Positions 24,510-34,737 of a stretch of DNA of 64,000 nt are shown piece after piece (positions within the stretch are counted from its first letter, which is position 1; each line of letters starts with the position of its first letter). This stretch comes from an uncultured Gammaproteobacteria bacterium. Its GTDB lineage: Bacteria > Patescibacteriota > Microgenomatia > UBA1406 > GWC2-37-13. The position numbers were made by a program, and so were the translations under genes. The DNA is taken from assembly GCA_964620925.1 (NCBI GenBank), contig CAZUKL010000003.1, positions 4,230 through 68,229 of the forward strand, given 5' to 3'. The notes beneath the pieces were generated by a model that saw only the letters and a list, made by a program, of their open reading frames with translations, was not told the DNA's origin and did no database searches.

Positions 24510-25091
24510 ATGAACACTGCCATACTCATGCACGGAATGCCTAGCAAAGAAGAGTACTTTGATCCGACATATCCCTCACCAAGTAATAGTCACTGGTTTC
24601 CCTGGCTTACGAAGCAATTGATGGTACATGATATATGTACGGTCGCTCCTGAAATCCCTCAACCTTGGCAGCCCCGGTATGATATCTGGAGAAAAGAATT
24701 CGAACGCTTTGATATCACGCCAGAAACGATACTCATAGGCCATAGTTGTGGTGGAGGATTTATTGTACGGTGGCTAAGCGAAAATAAAGACTGGCAGGTT
24801 GGCAAAGTGATCTTGGTCGCCCCGTGGCTGAATCCTGACAATGATCCAAGATCTGACACCGCAGATTTTTTTGACTTTACAGTCGACCCAGATCTTAGAG
24901 AGAGAACGAAGGGCGTCACCATATTCCACTCTGACAACGACTCGGAAGCTATCCACAAATCTGTAAAAATGCTGAGGGATGCGATACGAGGACATAACTA
25001 TAAAGAATTCCATCAATATGGACATTTTTGTATTGAAGATATGAAAACCACAGAATTTCCCGAATTGCTTCAGGCTATTTTAGAAAAATAA
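24510..25091 (+). CDS. Alpha/beta hydrolase, YdeN/RBBP9 serine hydrolase family
   Basis: ILMHGMPS..., nucleophile elbow GHSCGG, VAPW..., C-terminal HF. Confidence 0.65.
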   Translation: MNTAILMHGMPSKEEYFDPTYPSPSNSHWFPWLTKQLMVHDICTVAPEIPQPWQPRYDIWRKEFERFDITPETILIGHSCGGGFIVRWLSENKDWQVGKVILVAPWLNPDNDPRSDTADFFDFTVDPDLRERTKGVTIFHSDNDSEAIHKSVKMLRDAIRGHNYKEFHQYGHFCIEDMKTTEFPELLQAILEK

Positions 25092-25117
25092 GGCGATCGT
25101 TCGATTATCAAGTATCT

Positions 25118-25525
25118 ATGCCCATCAGTCAATATCCGATCCGACCCTACCTTTGGTGGTTTACATATGTTCCTGTCATTAGCAGCACGGGATTTAACAC
25201 CCTATTCACTGACACTATCTACCTGAGCCAAGATTTGTATATGGATTCACAAAGGGAAATTCCAGATCCAGTCACGGTGGCACTGATCAAGCATCAGGAG
25301 GTCCATGCTCATGGTGCCTCGCTCTGGAAAGCAGTGCATTTCGTGTGCTCCTCTACCTTCAGACTCCAAGAGGAAACTCTGGCGTACAAAGCTCAATTCA
25401 ACTATCTTAAAAAGCACCACTTGTCATGGGATCTTGGAGACGTAGCTCGACAGTTCACATCTTCTCAATCACCACTCTGTCGATCTCAAGCCACTGTTTT
25501 CCAGAGATACACTTGCCAAACTTAA
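25118..25525 (+). pseudogene. Truncated duplicate of the 28572-28988 gene
   Basis: The first about 340 nt are about 96% identical (by eye) to 28572-28911. After about 25457 the frame runs antisense into the next gene. Confidence 0.6.
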
Positions 25526-26255
25526 TCTCACCTTTCGGTGTAGCGACTGCATATTCGTTGTCCAACCATGCCACGAAACCGAGATTTTGATTCGGAGACC
25601 AATCTGTAGTATGCATCAGCTTGCCATCGATGAAAAACTCCACGCTATCTGCATGCCACTCCAGCACATACTCGTGCCAAGCCGTCATATCTGTATCTAT
25701 CATGCATTCACTTGTTCCTGTAAATCGCTGCATTAGCTTCGCTGCGAGTCCTGAGCGACCAGTGATCCTCGCATATCCTATGGCAAGAGCGAGAGGGATA
25801 GCATAGAGGAGCGCGCTAAGACGTCTTGTGTGCACCACCTGTGCTTTCCATCCACAACCTGGTAGGCCTGGGACGAGAAGCATGCGTGAAGGTGGCGAGG
25901 ACGAAAAGAACCATACTGATTCAGGAGCTGCAAACCAACCACCCTGCATGCTGAAAGGCTTATTCCAAAAACCAAATCCAGCAGTACCATTTAAATATAC
26001 GTCTGATTGTGGGATATTCGATGCGTTGTGGGAAAAGCGTGCTTTGATCGTCATCTTCAGCGGCGGTCTCCATCTGTATTCCGACTTCCCTAGGAGGGTG
26101 TAATCATCTATTTGTGCATCTGTATACCTATCTGATTGAGCACTCTCAAAACCAAGTCGTAGGACTGACCGTTCTACATGCACAGCAGCCCCACCTGAGA
26201 GCACCTGCGTCCAATAACTTGCGATTCCTGATTCAAAATCATCTTTAATAGTCAT
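25455..26255 (-). CDS. Concanavalin A-like lectin/glucanase-fold protein (GH16/LamG-like)
   Basis: WHEYVLEWHADSVEFFIDGKL and GFVAWLDNEY patterns. Weak, recalled similarity. Confidence 0.35.
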   Translation of the reverse strand: MTIKDDFESGIASYWTQVLSGGAAVHVERSVLRLGFESAQSDRYTDAQIDDYTLLGKSEYRWRPPLKMTIKARFSHNASNIPQSDVYLNGTAGFGFWNKPFSMQGGWFAAPESVWFFSSSPPSRMLLVPGLPGCGWKAQVVHTRRLSALLYAIPLALAIGYARITGRSGLAAKLMQRFTGTSECMIDTDMTAWHEYVLEWHADSVEFFIDGKLMHTTDWSPNQNLGFVAWLDNEYAVATPKGEIKFGKCISGKQWLEIDRVVIEKM

Positions 26256-26524
26256 ATTTATGTAGAATTCTTGCGGACTGCAATAAAATACTATGCACTA
26301 TTGAATTGATAGGTCTCCATCTCTCCACATAATCAACATGAGCAATCCTTAGATTCGGTTGCATCTGGCAGTATCTAGGGCTACGCCATCCAACCTCCCT
26401 AGTACCCACTTCAAGTTAGTATATCCTGTGGATTGACGCAATCCAAGTGACATGTATATCTTTCACAACAGGAGAGATCGGGATCACAACAAGTGGCAAG
26501 CCCATAACCAACTTCTCCTATGAT

Positions 26525-27466
26525 TTAGTTCGTAACAATCCGAGTACGTGATTTCAGCTGCGAATCTCTCATCTGTGGATTCAACACCTCTGTGCAAAGC
26601 TTTCCCATAGCGTTGCCATATTCTGCGGCGAGCCGGTGACTGTTTGGTACTGACTGGGGATTCAACGAATGCACTATACCCTGCATAAGGTTTGTTCCTC
26701 TATCAAATATTTTGACCGCTGCTTTGGTTAGAGGTGTCTGCCTCCCAACAGCACTGGTAAATACAACCTTAGCAAAGGCGTGTGTCCATGCATAATATGT
26801 GTCACCACTCACGTCCTGATAGCCTGCGCTGGCATCCTTACACGCAAGCAATGCATCACTCCACTGACACATCCTATCAATCGCTTCGTTGGGCTCAAAC
26901 TTTGGTATGTTCGATACTATACGAGTATCAAGCCACCTTGCGTGAAGTCTTGAGGTGATGCAAAGTCTCCAGAGTGCGGCATGTAGATCCCCATCTGTTT
27001 GTCTGAGAGCTATGTCAAGCTGCGCATTGAAGTCTAATCGCTTGTTCCTTTTCTTATGTTCAGCTAGTACACCGTTGAAGAGACTATCTACATCTGCATA
27101 GGGTGTACGTGCAAAATCATGAAGGGTTGGGACATAATCAGTAAACTGGACTAATGTGCCAGCCATATTCAACAAACTTGATCCAGGATATACTCCATTG
27201 ATTTGCGAACTTGCTTTGAGCAGTGAGCCACCTCGCATTGCTTCGATCATGTCGGGTACCCGAGGCTGTAGAGGAACTTCAGAGGCTCCGTTGATTCTCT
27301 GGGCGACATCTCTATGATAGGCATCATGCGGTGGGGCCACGACCAATGTATATACAGCCTTTGCCGCACTGACAACTCCCATACGCAAATCATGGAGGCT
27401 TGACGTATCACTACTTCCGGGCGTCATGTGACCCATCCCAGTCGAACTTATAGCATTCTCCTGCAT
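26525..27466 (-). CDS. Hypothetical protein (313 aa)
   Basis: Long ORF with no competing frame. No recognisable motif. Confidence 0.4.
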   Translation of the reverse strand: MQENAISSTGMGHMTPGSSDTSSLHDLRMGVVSAAKAVYTLVVAPPHDAYHRDVAQRINGASEVPLQPRVPDMIEAMRGGSLLKASSQINGVYPGSSLLNMAGTLVQFTDYVPTLHDFARTPYADVDSLFNGVLAEHKKRNKRLDFNAQLDIALRQTDGDLHAALWRLCITSRLHARWLDTRIVSNIPKFEPNEAIDRMCQWSDALLACKDASAGYQDVSGDTYYAWTHAFAKVVFTSAVGRQTPLTKAAVKIFDRGTNLMQGIVHSLNPQSVPNSHRLAAEYGNAMGKLCTEVLNPQMRDSQLKSRTRIVTN

Positions 27467-27552
27467 AATGCAGTATATTATATATTGTACTTATCGAAAT
27501 ACAAACCTCATCATGTGGTATAAATAGCCTTGATACAAGTCAAATATATATA

Positions 27553-28380
27553 ATGTCAAAATCAAAAACGAGAAACAGTGAACAAAAACGACTCCAAGTC
27601 TATTGCTCAATCAATGACTTTGCTCCTCTATTCTATGACCTGGAGTATATCTTCAGCAGATTGAAGGAAGTTGGTATTGATGGTGTAGAGATGCTCGTCG
27701 GTGTCAAATCACGATGGAGTCCAAAAAAGATCATCAACCTATCTCATAAGTATGACCTCCCGGTTGCTAGTATCCATCAACCATTTTGGAGCGTTTTAGG
27801 GATATTTGAAGATATTGGGTTTGTAGACTTTGCAGCTAGTATCGGTGTCAAAAATATCGTATTTCACCCATTGCCACGGATCTCATTTTCGAGCTTCAAA
27901 ATGAGATCATATCTTGAGAAAATTTCGATGCTCCAAGCAGAGAGGGGTATGTGTTTCATGCTTGAAAATATGCCCTTCTCCTATAATATTCCAGCACTCA
28001 AGCACTTCTTTCCTCTTTCAAATGAGACTGCAGATATTGAGAAAATATTTGATATCACTAAAGCTTACAATCTCTCAATGGCACTTGATACTGATCATCT
28101 CCGCATCAGACGCCCACACTTGGAGCAATGGTACTCAAAAATTTTTCCTCGAATCAGGAACATCCACCTTAGTAGTTTTGCTGAAGGTAAAAAGCACCTT
28201 CCACTTCATCTCGGTGATTTCGATTCTCATTCGTTCGTCGACGATCTTTGTATGAGAGGCTATTCAGGGAACATCACCCTAGAAATCTCATATCCACGTT
28301 TGATTCAACCGTTTTCACTGGATTTTGAATCCATCAGGAAATCTGTAAAAATCATTCGCGATTCCTATTCGGGAGGTTGA
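27553..28380 (+). CDS. Xylose isomerase-like TIM-barrel protein (sugar phosphate isomerase/epimerase family)
   Basis: Size and pattern fit: GIDGVE..., VFHP..., LENMP..., DTDH..., HLS. Confidence 0.55.
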   Translation: MSKSKTRNSEQKRLQVYCSINDFAPLFYDLEYIFSRLKEVGIDGVEMLVGVKSRWSPKKIINLSHKYDLPVASIHQPFWSVLGIFEDIGFVDFAASIGVKNIVFHPLPRISFSSFKMRSYLEKISMLQAERGMCFMLENMPFSYNIPALKHFFPLSNETADIEKIFDITKAYNLSMALDTDHLRIRRPHLEQWYSKIFPRIRNIHLSSFAEGKKHLPLHLGDFDSHSFVDDLCMRGYSGNITLEISYPRLIQPFSLDFESIRKSVKIIRDSYSGG

Positions 28381-28571
28381 CTATGTTACTAGCTATTCGC
28401 TGCCGATCCAGATGAGATATGGTTCACTTAACTTCTGGCAGCATGTCGAACTCTTTTCGTTTCTCGTCCATCCACTTCTGCATCGCAGCGGGGTCTGACA
28501 TGAGCTTCATCATTTCTTTCTCTGCAGCGAGATGGGGAGCTGAATCAATGAAGCGAGTATAATGAAACCAC

Positions 28572-28988
28572 ATGCCCATCAGTCCCTATCCGATCCGACC
28601 CTACCTTTGGTGGTTTACATATGTTCCTGTCATCAGCAGCACGGGATTTAACACCCTATTCACTGACACTATCTACCTGAGCCAAGATTTGTATATGGAT
28701 TCACAAAGGGAAATTCCAGATCCAGTCACGGTGGCACTGATCAAGCATCAAGAGGTCCATGCTCATGGTGCCTCGCTCTGGAAAGCAGTGCGTTTCGTGT
28801 GCTCCTCTACCTTCAGACTCCAAGAGGAAACACTGGCGTACAAAGCTCAATTCCACCATCTTAAAAAGCACCACTTGTCATGGGATCTCGGAGACGTAGC
28901 TAGACAATTCTCGACTATCAGATATCTGTGGGTGATGGACTACGGCGATGCTCGGAAGTTTATTCAGGAGGTGTGGGATGCTGCTTGA
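28572..28988 (+). CDS. Hypothetical protein (138 aa), intact copy of the duplicated gene
   Basis: Complete ORF preceded by TATAAT 8 nt upstream. The paralog fragment is at 25118. Confidence 0.5.
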   Translation: MPISPYPIRPYLWWFTYVPVISSTGFNTLFTDTIYLSQDLYMDSQREIPDPVTVALIKHQEVHAHGASLWKAVRFVCSSTFRLQEETLAYKAQFHHLKKHHLSWDLGDVARQFSTIRYLWVMDYGDARKFIQEVWDAA

Positions 28989-29085
28989 ATATATCAGGTG
29001 CGAAGGTGCAAGTTGCTGCAAAGAAGATAGGCTCTAAAACTTCCTTCTCCAAAGCTATGGAGTGGCATTGCCATTCATACGAAAC

Positions 29086-30066
29086 TCATGCACTAAATGG
29101 TCTCATGATTCGTCCTGAATCAACTTCAAAGATTGCGACAACCTGATCATCGACAGAAATTGGTATGAGCAAGTTACCTTTTTCATTTAGATGGCAGTCA
29201 ACAGCATACACCGCATCCTTTTTAGGATCAGGTTTTATTAGCTGCAAGTGTTGCACATATTTTTTTACCTGATCATAGGTCACAAGGGGCTCTGGATCTA
29301 CTCCAGTCACATCAAACGTCCCATCTGGTGAAAGTTTGCATTCAGCTAAACCTAGTGCATATGCTACAGTTCCATCTGCTCTGCGACTGAATCCATGTAT
29401 CAACATTCGCACCGTATTGTCTGGCATTGCTATTTTTGTCCCACCAGTTAAACCATATCGCCCATTCTCCCCCACCCATGGACTCGGAGGCAATGTGATT
29501 TTGCGGATAACCTCACCTGTATCCCAACGAAAAAAAGTCAACTTCTGATCATTTTCTTTGCCTTCCTCACGATATACACCCGTCTCTTCGGAAAGCGGAA
29601 GGACATTCTTGCCTGGGGGTAAGTGATTGAGAACTCGCATGGGAGAAATATTCTCCGCTGTATAAGGATACTCAGCTGTAAAGCAGGCAGGATATGGTAC
29701 TCCCTCTGCTGTTGCAGCGGTAAGTCCAATTAATACCTTTTTTCGTGATAATGGAAAAGGTCTCAAGTCCTCTGGGTTAAGTGTGCGATCAGTGCCCTGA
29801 ATCACAGAGGTGGGAATGGAGTGGAGATACGTTACTTTATTCTCTCCGTTCAACCTATAAACTCCTATGCCACTTGTAGCGTCTACTTTTCCAGGTTGTT
29901 GATTAACTCTCATCTCACGAGCAAATAGATTTTTTGTGCCATCTGGACCGACTACAATCGGCGGATTGAAAACTGCCGTAATTCCACGACTCTTATCGGG
30001 AAGGAGAACATCATGCAGTGTCAAGGTTTCGCTCATTGGTGCGGTGAGTATACACCCTATTTGCAA
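29086..30066 (-). CDS. Hypothetical protein, possibly beta-propeller glycosidase-related (GH130/DUF1861-like)
   Basis: AVFNPPIVVGPDGTKNLFAREMRV resembles the first blade of GH43/GH130-type propellers. Weak. Confidence 0.3.
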   Translation of the reverse strand: MQIGCILTAPMSETLTLHDVLLPDKSRGITAVFNPPIVVGPDGTKNLFAREMRVNQQPGKVDATSGIGVYRLNGENKVTYLHSIPTSVIQGTDRTLNPEDLRPFPLSRKKVLIGLTAATAEGVPYPACFTAEYPYTAENISPMRVLNHLPPGKNVLPLSEETGVYREEGKENDQKLTFFRWDTGEVIRKITLPPSPWVGENGRYGLTGGTKIAMPDNTVRMLIHGFSRRADGTVAYALGLAECKLSPDGTFDVTGVDPEPLVTYDQVKKYVQHLQLIKPDPKKDAVYAVDCHLNEKGNLLIPISVDDQVVAIFEVDSGRIMRPFSA

Positions 30067-30232
30067 ATTAGTATTTTACCTGGAGGGGGGTAAAATGGAT
30101 TGTTTACACGACCCGTGACGCGACTGAGACCTGTCACAAACACGGATTTCCACACCAAATAGAATCGCACTGATGCACTTCGGGTAGAATGTAGGTGACG
30201 ACTCCATTCACCACGAGTCATGTCGCCTCTGC

Positions 30233-31465
30233 TCATGCAAACTCCTTCATGCACTTCACCAGATACTCGATCTCTCCTGTGGTATGGGTTGCGCTGAGCT
30301 GGACTCTGATCTCATCTCTCCCCTTTGGCACGACAGGATAACTAATGTTGGTGACGAGGATATTCCGAGTGAACAGGAAGTCGACGAGACTCCTCGTTTT
30401 CACCGGGTCACCGATAAGTACGGGTTGGATGGGATGAGTCGACTCCGCCGCAAATACAAAGCCCGCTTCAGACATCAGCTTTTTGAAATAGGCGGTATTT
30501 GTCTGTGATGTCTTTAAAAGTTTCTTGCCCTCAGGACTATCTACGATCTGGATCGCCTGCAGTGCGGCACCAGCAGTACCGGGCGAGATAGAATTCGAAT
30601 AAATATAGGTCGCTGATGACTCTCGGAGGTAATCGATCACCTGTTGGTCTGCCACCACATATCCTCCATCCGATCCAAAGCCTTTGCCAAACGTTCCCAC
30701 CAAAACGTCTGCCTTGGCTTTTTTGAGTCCCTCGACTCCGCGTCCATCGGATGAGCAGGATGCGACACCGTGACAGTCATCCATGACGAGGAGCACTCCT
30801 TGGGGATAGGCTGTATCGTATCTATCGACGATCGCGCGCATCTCATCAAGCTTTTGGTATTCACCCAGCATGCTAAACACACCATCAGTCACCACGAGCA
30901 CGCGTGAGAATTTTCCTTTGTTTGTGGTGAGTATCTGCTCGAGGCTCTCCATGTTCATGTGTTCAAACACCGCTCGATTTTCCTTGGGGAGATTGGCGAG
31001 TCTGATCCCGTCGATGATGCTCCGATGATTCAGCGCATCTGAGACCACCAGCACATCACTGGTGACTTTGGAATCTTTGCTTTGACCACTGATGAGACAA
31101 AAAAGCACGGCAAGGTTTGCGGCAAATGCGGATGAGAAAATCATCGCATCCTCACGTCCGTGAAACTTTGCTATGGAAGTTTCCAGATCTCGATGGATCT
31201 GCATCGATCCAGATATAAAGCGCACGGCGCCAGGCCCGGCCCCATAGTGCTCTGCAGCGTCATGCTCAGCTTTTTTGACGAGCGGATGATGGCGGAGTCC
31301 GAGGTAATCATTTGAGTTAAAGATGACCACATCCTTGCCATCAATCTGTGCCACGGTCGGGCTCTTGAATGATTGGATGATGCGCTCGTGTCGCTTGGAA
31401 GTTTTGACTTCGTCGATGCGGGCGACTTCTGCATCAAGTTCTGAGTAAAAAGATTGTGTTGGCAT
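30233..31465 (-). CDS. kbl: 2-amino-3-ketobutyrate CoA ligase (glycine C-acetyltransferase), PLP-dependent
   Basis: Alpha-oxoamine synthase family pattern (FNSNDYLGL, DDCHG, GTFGKGFG with the PLP lysine). Immediately downstream of tdh. Confidence 0.8.
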   Translation of the reverse strand: MPTQSFYSELDAEVARIDEVKTSKRHERIIQSFKSPTVAQIDGKDVVIFNSNDYLGLRHHPLVKKAEHDAAEHYGAGPGAVRFISGSMQIHRDLETSIAKFHGREDAMIFSSAFAANLAVLFCLISGQSKDSKVTSDVLVVSDALNHRSIIDGIRLANLPKENRAVFEHMNMESLEQILTTNKGKFSRVLVVTDGVFSMLGEYQKLDEMRAIVDRYDTAYPQGVLLVMDDCHGVASCSSDGRGVEGLKKAKADVLVGTFGKGFGSDGGYVVADQQVIDYLRESSATYIYSNSISPGTAGAALQAIQIVDSPEGKKLLKTSQTNTAYFKKLMSEAGFVFAAESTHPIQPVLIGDPVKTRSLVDFLFTRNILVTNISYPVVPKGRDEIRVQLSATHTTGEIEYLVKCMKEFA

Positions 31466-31467
31466 AG

Positions 31468-32406
31468 TTATTTTTGTAATTTGTGCTTGAGTCCTTCGTA
31501 CATGGTTTTGGTCATCTTAGGTAGATCATACTTTGGATTCCATCCCCAATCAGTGCGCGCTTGACTATCATCGAGAGACTGGGGCCAGGTCTCCGCGATC
31601 TTCTGGCGATGGTCTGGCTGATAGTCATAGGTGAAGCCGGGAACAAGTTTCGCAAGTTCTTCAGCCAGTTCTTTTGGCGTAAAGTCGATCGCGCCAAAGT
31701 TGTAACTCGTACGTATCGTGATCTGCGCTGCGGGCGCCTCCATGAGCTGGATGGTGCCGTCTATCGCGTCATCGATATACATCATCGGAAGACGCGCGTC
31801 TTCTTTGAGAAAGATGCTGTACTTTTTATCTTTGATGGCACCATAAAATATATGTACAGAGTACTCGGTCGTCCCATCCCCTGGTGGTACTTTGTAGCCA
31901 GTCAGACCAGGATAACGCAGAGATCGGACATCCACTCCCCACTTCAGAAAGTAGTACTGACAGAGGAGCTCACCGGCGACTTTGTTGACTCCATACATGG
32001 TAGTTGGCTCGAGGATCGTATGCTGTGGAGTATTGGTTTTCGGCGTAGTTGGTCCAAATGCAGCGATAGATGACGGCCAAAATACTTTGAGTTTGTACTT
32101 GACGGCGAGATCGAGGATATTTTTCAAGCCCCCTAGGTTCACCTCCCAGGCAAGCTGGGGATCTTTTTCGCTGCCGACGGAGAGGAGCCCAGCCAGATGA
32201 TACACCTCACTGATGCTGTGCTTCTCAATGATTTTGGCAAGTCCCGCGGCATCGCGCACATCTCCCTGCTCGATGATTGCTGGTGATTCACCTATTGCGC
32301 GGTGAGTGATCGCCACTATCGATCCTTTGGGATGCTTTTTTGCAAGTGCTTCGACGAGATCGGTGCCCACGAGCCCAAACGCTCCGGTGATGAGAATCTT
32401 TTTCAT
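31468..32406 (-). CDS. tdh: L-threonine 3-dehydrogenase, NAD-dependent epimerase/dehydratase (SDR) type
   Basis: Rossmann motif ILITGAFGLVGTDL, extended-SDR pattern YGVNK, and operon with kbl. Start at the internal ATG (MKKILITG). Confidence 0.7.
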   Translation of the reverse strand: MKKILITGAFGLVGTDLVEALAKKHPKGSIVAITHRAIGESPAIIEQGDVRDAAGLAKIIEKHSISEVYHLAGLLSVGSEKDPQLAWEVNLGGLKNILDLAVKYKLKVFWPSSIAAFGPTTPKTNTPQHTILEPTTMYGVNKVAGELLCQYYFLKWGVDVRSLRYPGLTGYKVPPGDGTTEYSVHIFYGAIKDKKYSIFLKEDARLPMMYIDDAIDGTIQLMEAPAAQITIRTSYNFGAIDFTPKELAEELAKLVPGFTYDYQPDHRQKIAETWPQSLDDSQARTDWGWNPKYDLPKMTKTMYEGLKHKLQK

Positions 32407-32611
32407 AGGGAGAAAAATTGATAGATAGTCTAGCAAGGACATTGTACCCCAATTCAGTCAGGGTACTGTGATTAAGGATACAGAAGGAATGCACATGATG
32501 CTGTATCTCATTTCTCAGCTTCCAATTGACTCCAATCAAACAGATCGCATATCAGTTTTTTTCTGAAAAATTGATCGATGAGTAGAAAGGAATTTGGTAT
32601 GATGGGTATAT

Positions 32612-33298
32612 ATGGAAAATACAACAAAAGTAGAGAGTTCGTCAAGCCAACTTCCACTCACAAACGTAACCTCTATACCATCAAATGTCTACGCATCATC
32701 TAGAGCGGTACGTATGCTATTGATACTCGCACTTATCCTGATCTCATTCTTTGTAGGTGTACAAGTAGGCAAAATCATAGCGCCTAGTTCTGAGAACAGC
32801 AATCTTTCTCAAAACAGTGTGCCTTCTCCCTCTGTGTCACTACCAAGCCCCACAACTACTCTTGCTCCACTCAAGTCGAAACATGTTGATCCAGTAAAAA
32901 TAGTTGAACTGGTGAGGGAAATACTTAAAGTGAATCCAAAAACAGAGATCGTTCCAGTAAGCTTTGAGTGGCGACATGAGACACCAGGCATAAGTAAGGA
33001 TGACTTACACTGTGCAGGTGAGACGACTACAATTAGCGGATTTGGGTTCTCAACAGGGATGGTTGATGCACCTGGCCAGGAAGGTGGAGCAAGTTATCGT
33101 ACTGATGTGAACAGAATTGACGTGGAACTTTTTCGCTTCGGCCACAGAGATGCAGACTACTCCAGTTGCAATGAGGGGAGTGGCACAGTCACCAGCTCTA
33201 TGGGCTACATCGTTGGAGATGTGGTGTGTATGCTTACACGGGGTCAAGTTAGTGCCTCAGACAAATCTACGCTAAGCTTTCACTGTGGCAACAATTGA
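32612..33298 (+). CDS. Membrane-anchored hypothetical protein
   Basis: N-terminal TM (LLILALILISFFVGVQVG), Ser/Pro linker, Cys-containing C-domain. Confidence 0.45.
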   Translation: MENTTKVESSSSQLPLTNVTSIPSNVYASSRAVRMLLILALILISFFVGVQVGKIIAPSSENSNLSQNSVPSPSVSLPSPTTTLAPLKSKHVDPVKIVELVREILKVNPKTEIVPVSFEWRHETPGISKDDLHCAGETTTISGFGFSTGMVDAPGQEGGASYRTDVNRIDVELFRFGHRDADYSSCNEGSGTVTSSMGYIVGDVVCMLTRGQVSASDKSTLSFHCGNN

Positions 33299-33694
33299 TC
33301 ATTTGCTCAACTTTCTTGCGAAATACTTGCGCAGTGGCTCCCAGAAGTAGTCCTGCCACCCCTGACGGTACTCTTCGTAGCGCCCAGTCGGGATATGGGT
33401 ATGTGCAAAGGTGATCTCAGCTCCTCCATCGACATCGGCAAGTGCAAATGATACTTGTGATTCATGCCCCTCCTCCCAGTCACTCGCATGCTAGGTCAGC
33501 GCGATCAGCGTATCTGGGATAAGCTTTGAGATGGTGCCCGTGGCATAGCCGCCAAATGTACTCACCGCTCCACCCACACGGGGATCGATGGTAGCTTTGT
33601 CTCCTGTAAGCTGCGTGTGTGTTTTGCCATCCAAAAGGAGTGTATAGATATCATGCACACTCGTATGAGGGATCGTGATTGTTTGAGTGATCAT
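33299..33694 (-). pseudogene. SRPBCC / AHSA1-like (Aha1 domain) protein interrupted by an in-frame TAG
   Basis: 33491-33694 encodes the N-half. After the TAG (33491-33493) the same frame continues HASDWEEGHESQVSFALADVDGGAEITFAHTHIPTGRYEEYRQGWQDYFWEPLRKYF to TGA at 33299-33301. That is the expected C-half, and it has no start codon of its own. Confidence 0.6.
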
Positions 33695-34074
33695 AGGGGT
33701 GGCGGGATAACCTGACGGGCAGGCACAAACTTGATGGAGAGTGAGTTCACACAGTGGCGTGTATTTGCGGTAGTGAGATGCTCACCCTCGAACACATGGC
33801 CAAGGTGTCCCCCACAGCGCGCGCACTGGATCTCCGTGCGCGAGCCATCTGGGTCTGGGAGCCACTTCACTGCATCTGGGAAATGTGCCTCAAAGGCTGG
33901 CCAGCCACATCCGGCGTCAAACTTTGCATGTGAGTCAAAGAGCGGGTTATTGCACTTGCGACAGATGTAGGTGCCGGACGATTTGAAGTCATCATACTCG
34001 CCGGTAAAGGGAGCCTCGGTACCTTTGTACTCGATGATCATTTTTTCTTCGGTGGTGAGGGGGTTGTAGGGCAT
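33691..34074 (-). CDS. msrB: Peptide-methionine (R)-S-oxide reductase
   Basis: CxxC...CGWPAF...CARCGGHLGHVF...RHCVNS. Confidence 0.9.
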   Translation of the reverse strand: MPYNPLTTEEKMIIEYKGTEAPFTGEYDDFKSSGTYICRKCNNPLFDSHAKFDAGCGWPAFEAHFPDAVKWLPDPDGSRTEIQCARCGGHLGHVFEGEHLTTANTRHCVNSLSIKFVPARQVIPPPL

Positions 34075-34203
34075 AGGAATTGAATATGCAATTTACAATC
34101 TGCAATGTGCAATCTCTAATGTGCAATATGAATTAGCGCTGTCCAGCTTGTCATCTTTACTGTGTACAGTGATCATGCACACGCAAAGTGTTCGTACATG
34201 ATC

Positions 34204-34737
34204 TTAGTCTAACAGAGCGGCTAGCTTACGAACCGTGTTTATATTTCTCACCGTCATAAGACTATAGAGCTTTGTGCCTACTATTTTTTGCATTTTACTT
34301 TTCAGTTGATTGGCACGGCTCACATGCCATATCACCGCACCGGGGATATACACCATGGTTTCGATCGTTTCGTCATATCCCAGTTTCTCCATGATGGTGC
34401 TATCGTCTATCTCCTCCCACAAAAAGCACACGTCAGTCTTCCATTCATCATCATTCGTCCAGTCTGAAGGGATCTCATTGACGATCGATTGCAGCACCTC
34501 AGCGCTGACTACGATGGTAGGCACCTCAAATCCAAAGTCAGTGACTACCTTTCGCTCGATACTCTCAGCTATCAGCTTTGCTCTATGCTCTGTAGCAGTA
34601 AACACCACATTTCCACTATTGATATACGTCACCACATCGGTGTAGCCGAGTTGTTCAAAGGTAGCTTTCAGCTTTTTCATCTCTACCTTTTTATTCCCCC
34701 CGACATTGATCCCCCTCAGGAGTGCGATGCATCTCAT
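34204..34737 (-). CDS. DUF1697 family protein
   Basis: MRCIALLRGINVGGNKKVEMKKLK N-terminus typical of DUF1697. Confidence 0.75.
   Translation of the reverse strand: MRCIALLRGINVGGNKKVEMKKLKATFEQLGYTDVVTYINSGNVVFTATEHRAKLIAESIERKVVTDFGFEVPTIVVSAEVLQSIVNEIPSDWTNDDEWKTDVCFLWEEIDDSTIMEKLGYDETIETMVYIPGAVIWHVSRANQLKSKMQKIVGTKLYSLMTVRNINTVRKLAALLD

Noticed and set aside
28572-28988. Metalloprotease call for the duplicated 138-aa protein based on HQEVHAH
   Set aside because: The sequence is H-Q-E-V-H, not the HExxH zinc-binding motif, and no other supporting motif is present.
33491-33493. Genome-wide reassignment of TAG (or TGA) as a sense codon
   Set aside because: TAG terminates many well-defined genes (ends at 1384, 12006, 21874, 22542, 56533 and 56877). 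TGA and TAA also end conserved genes at the expected lengths. The single in-frame TAG is better explained as a nonsense mutation or a local read-through.
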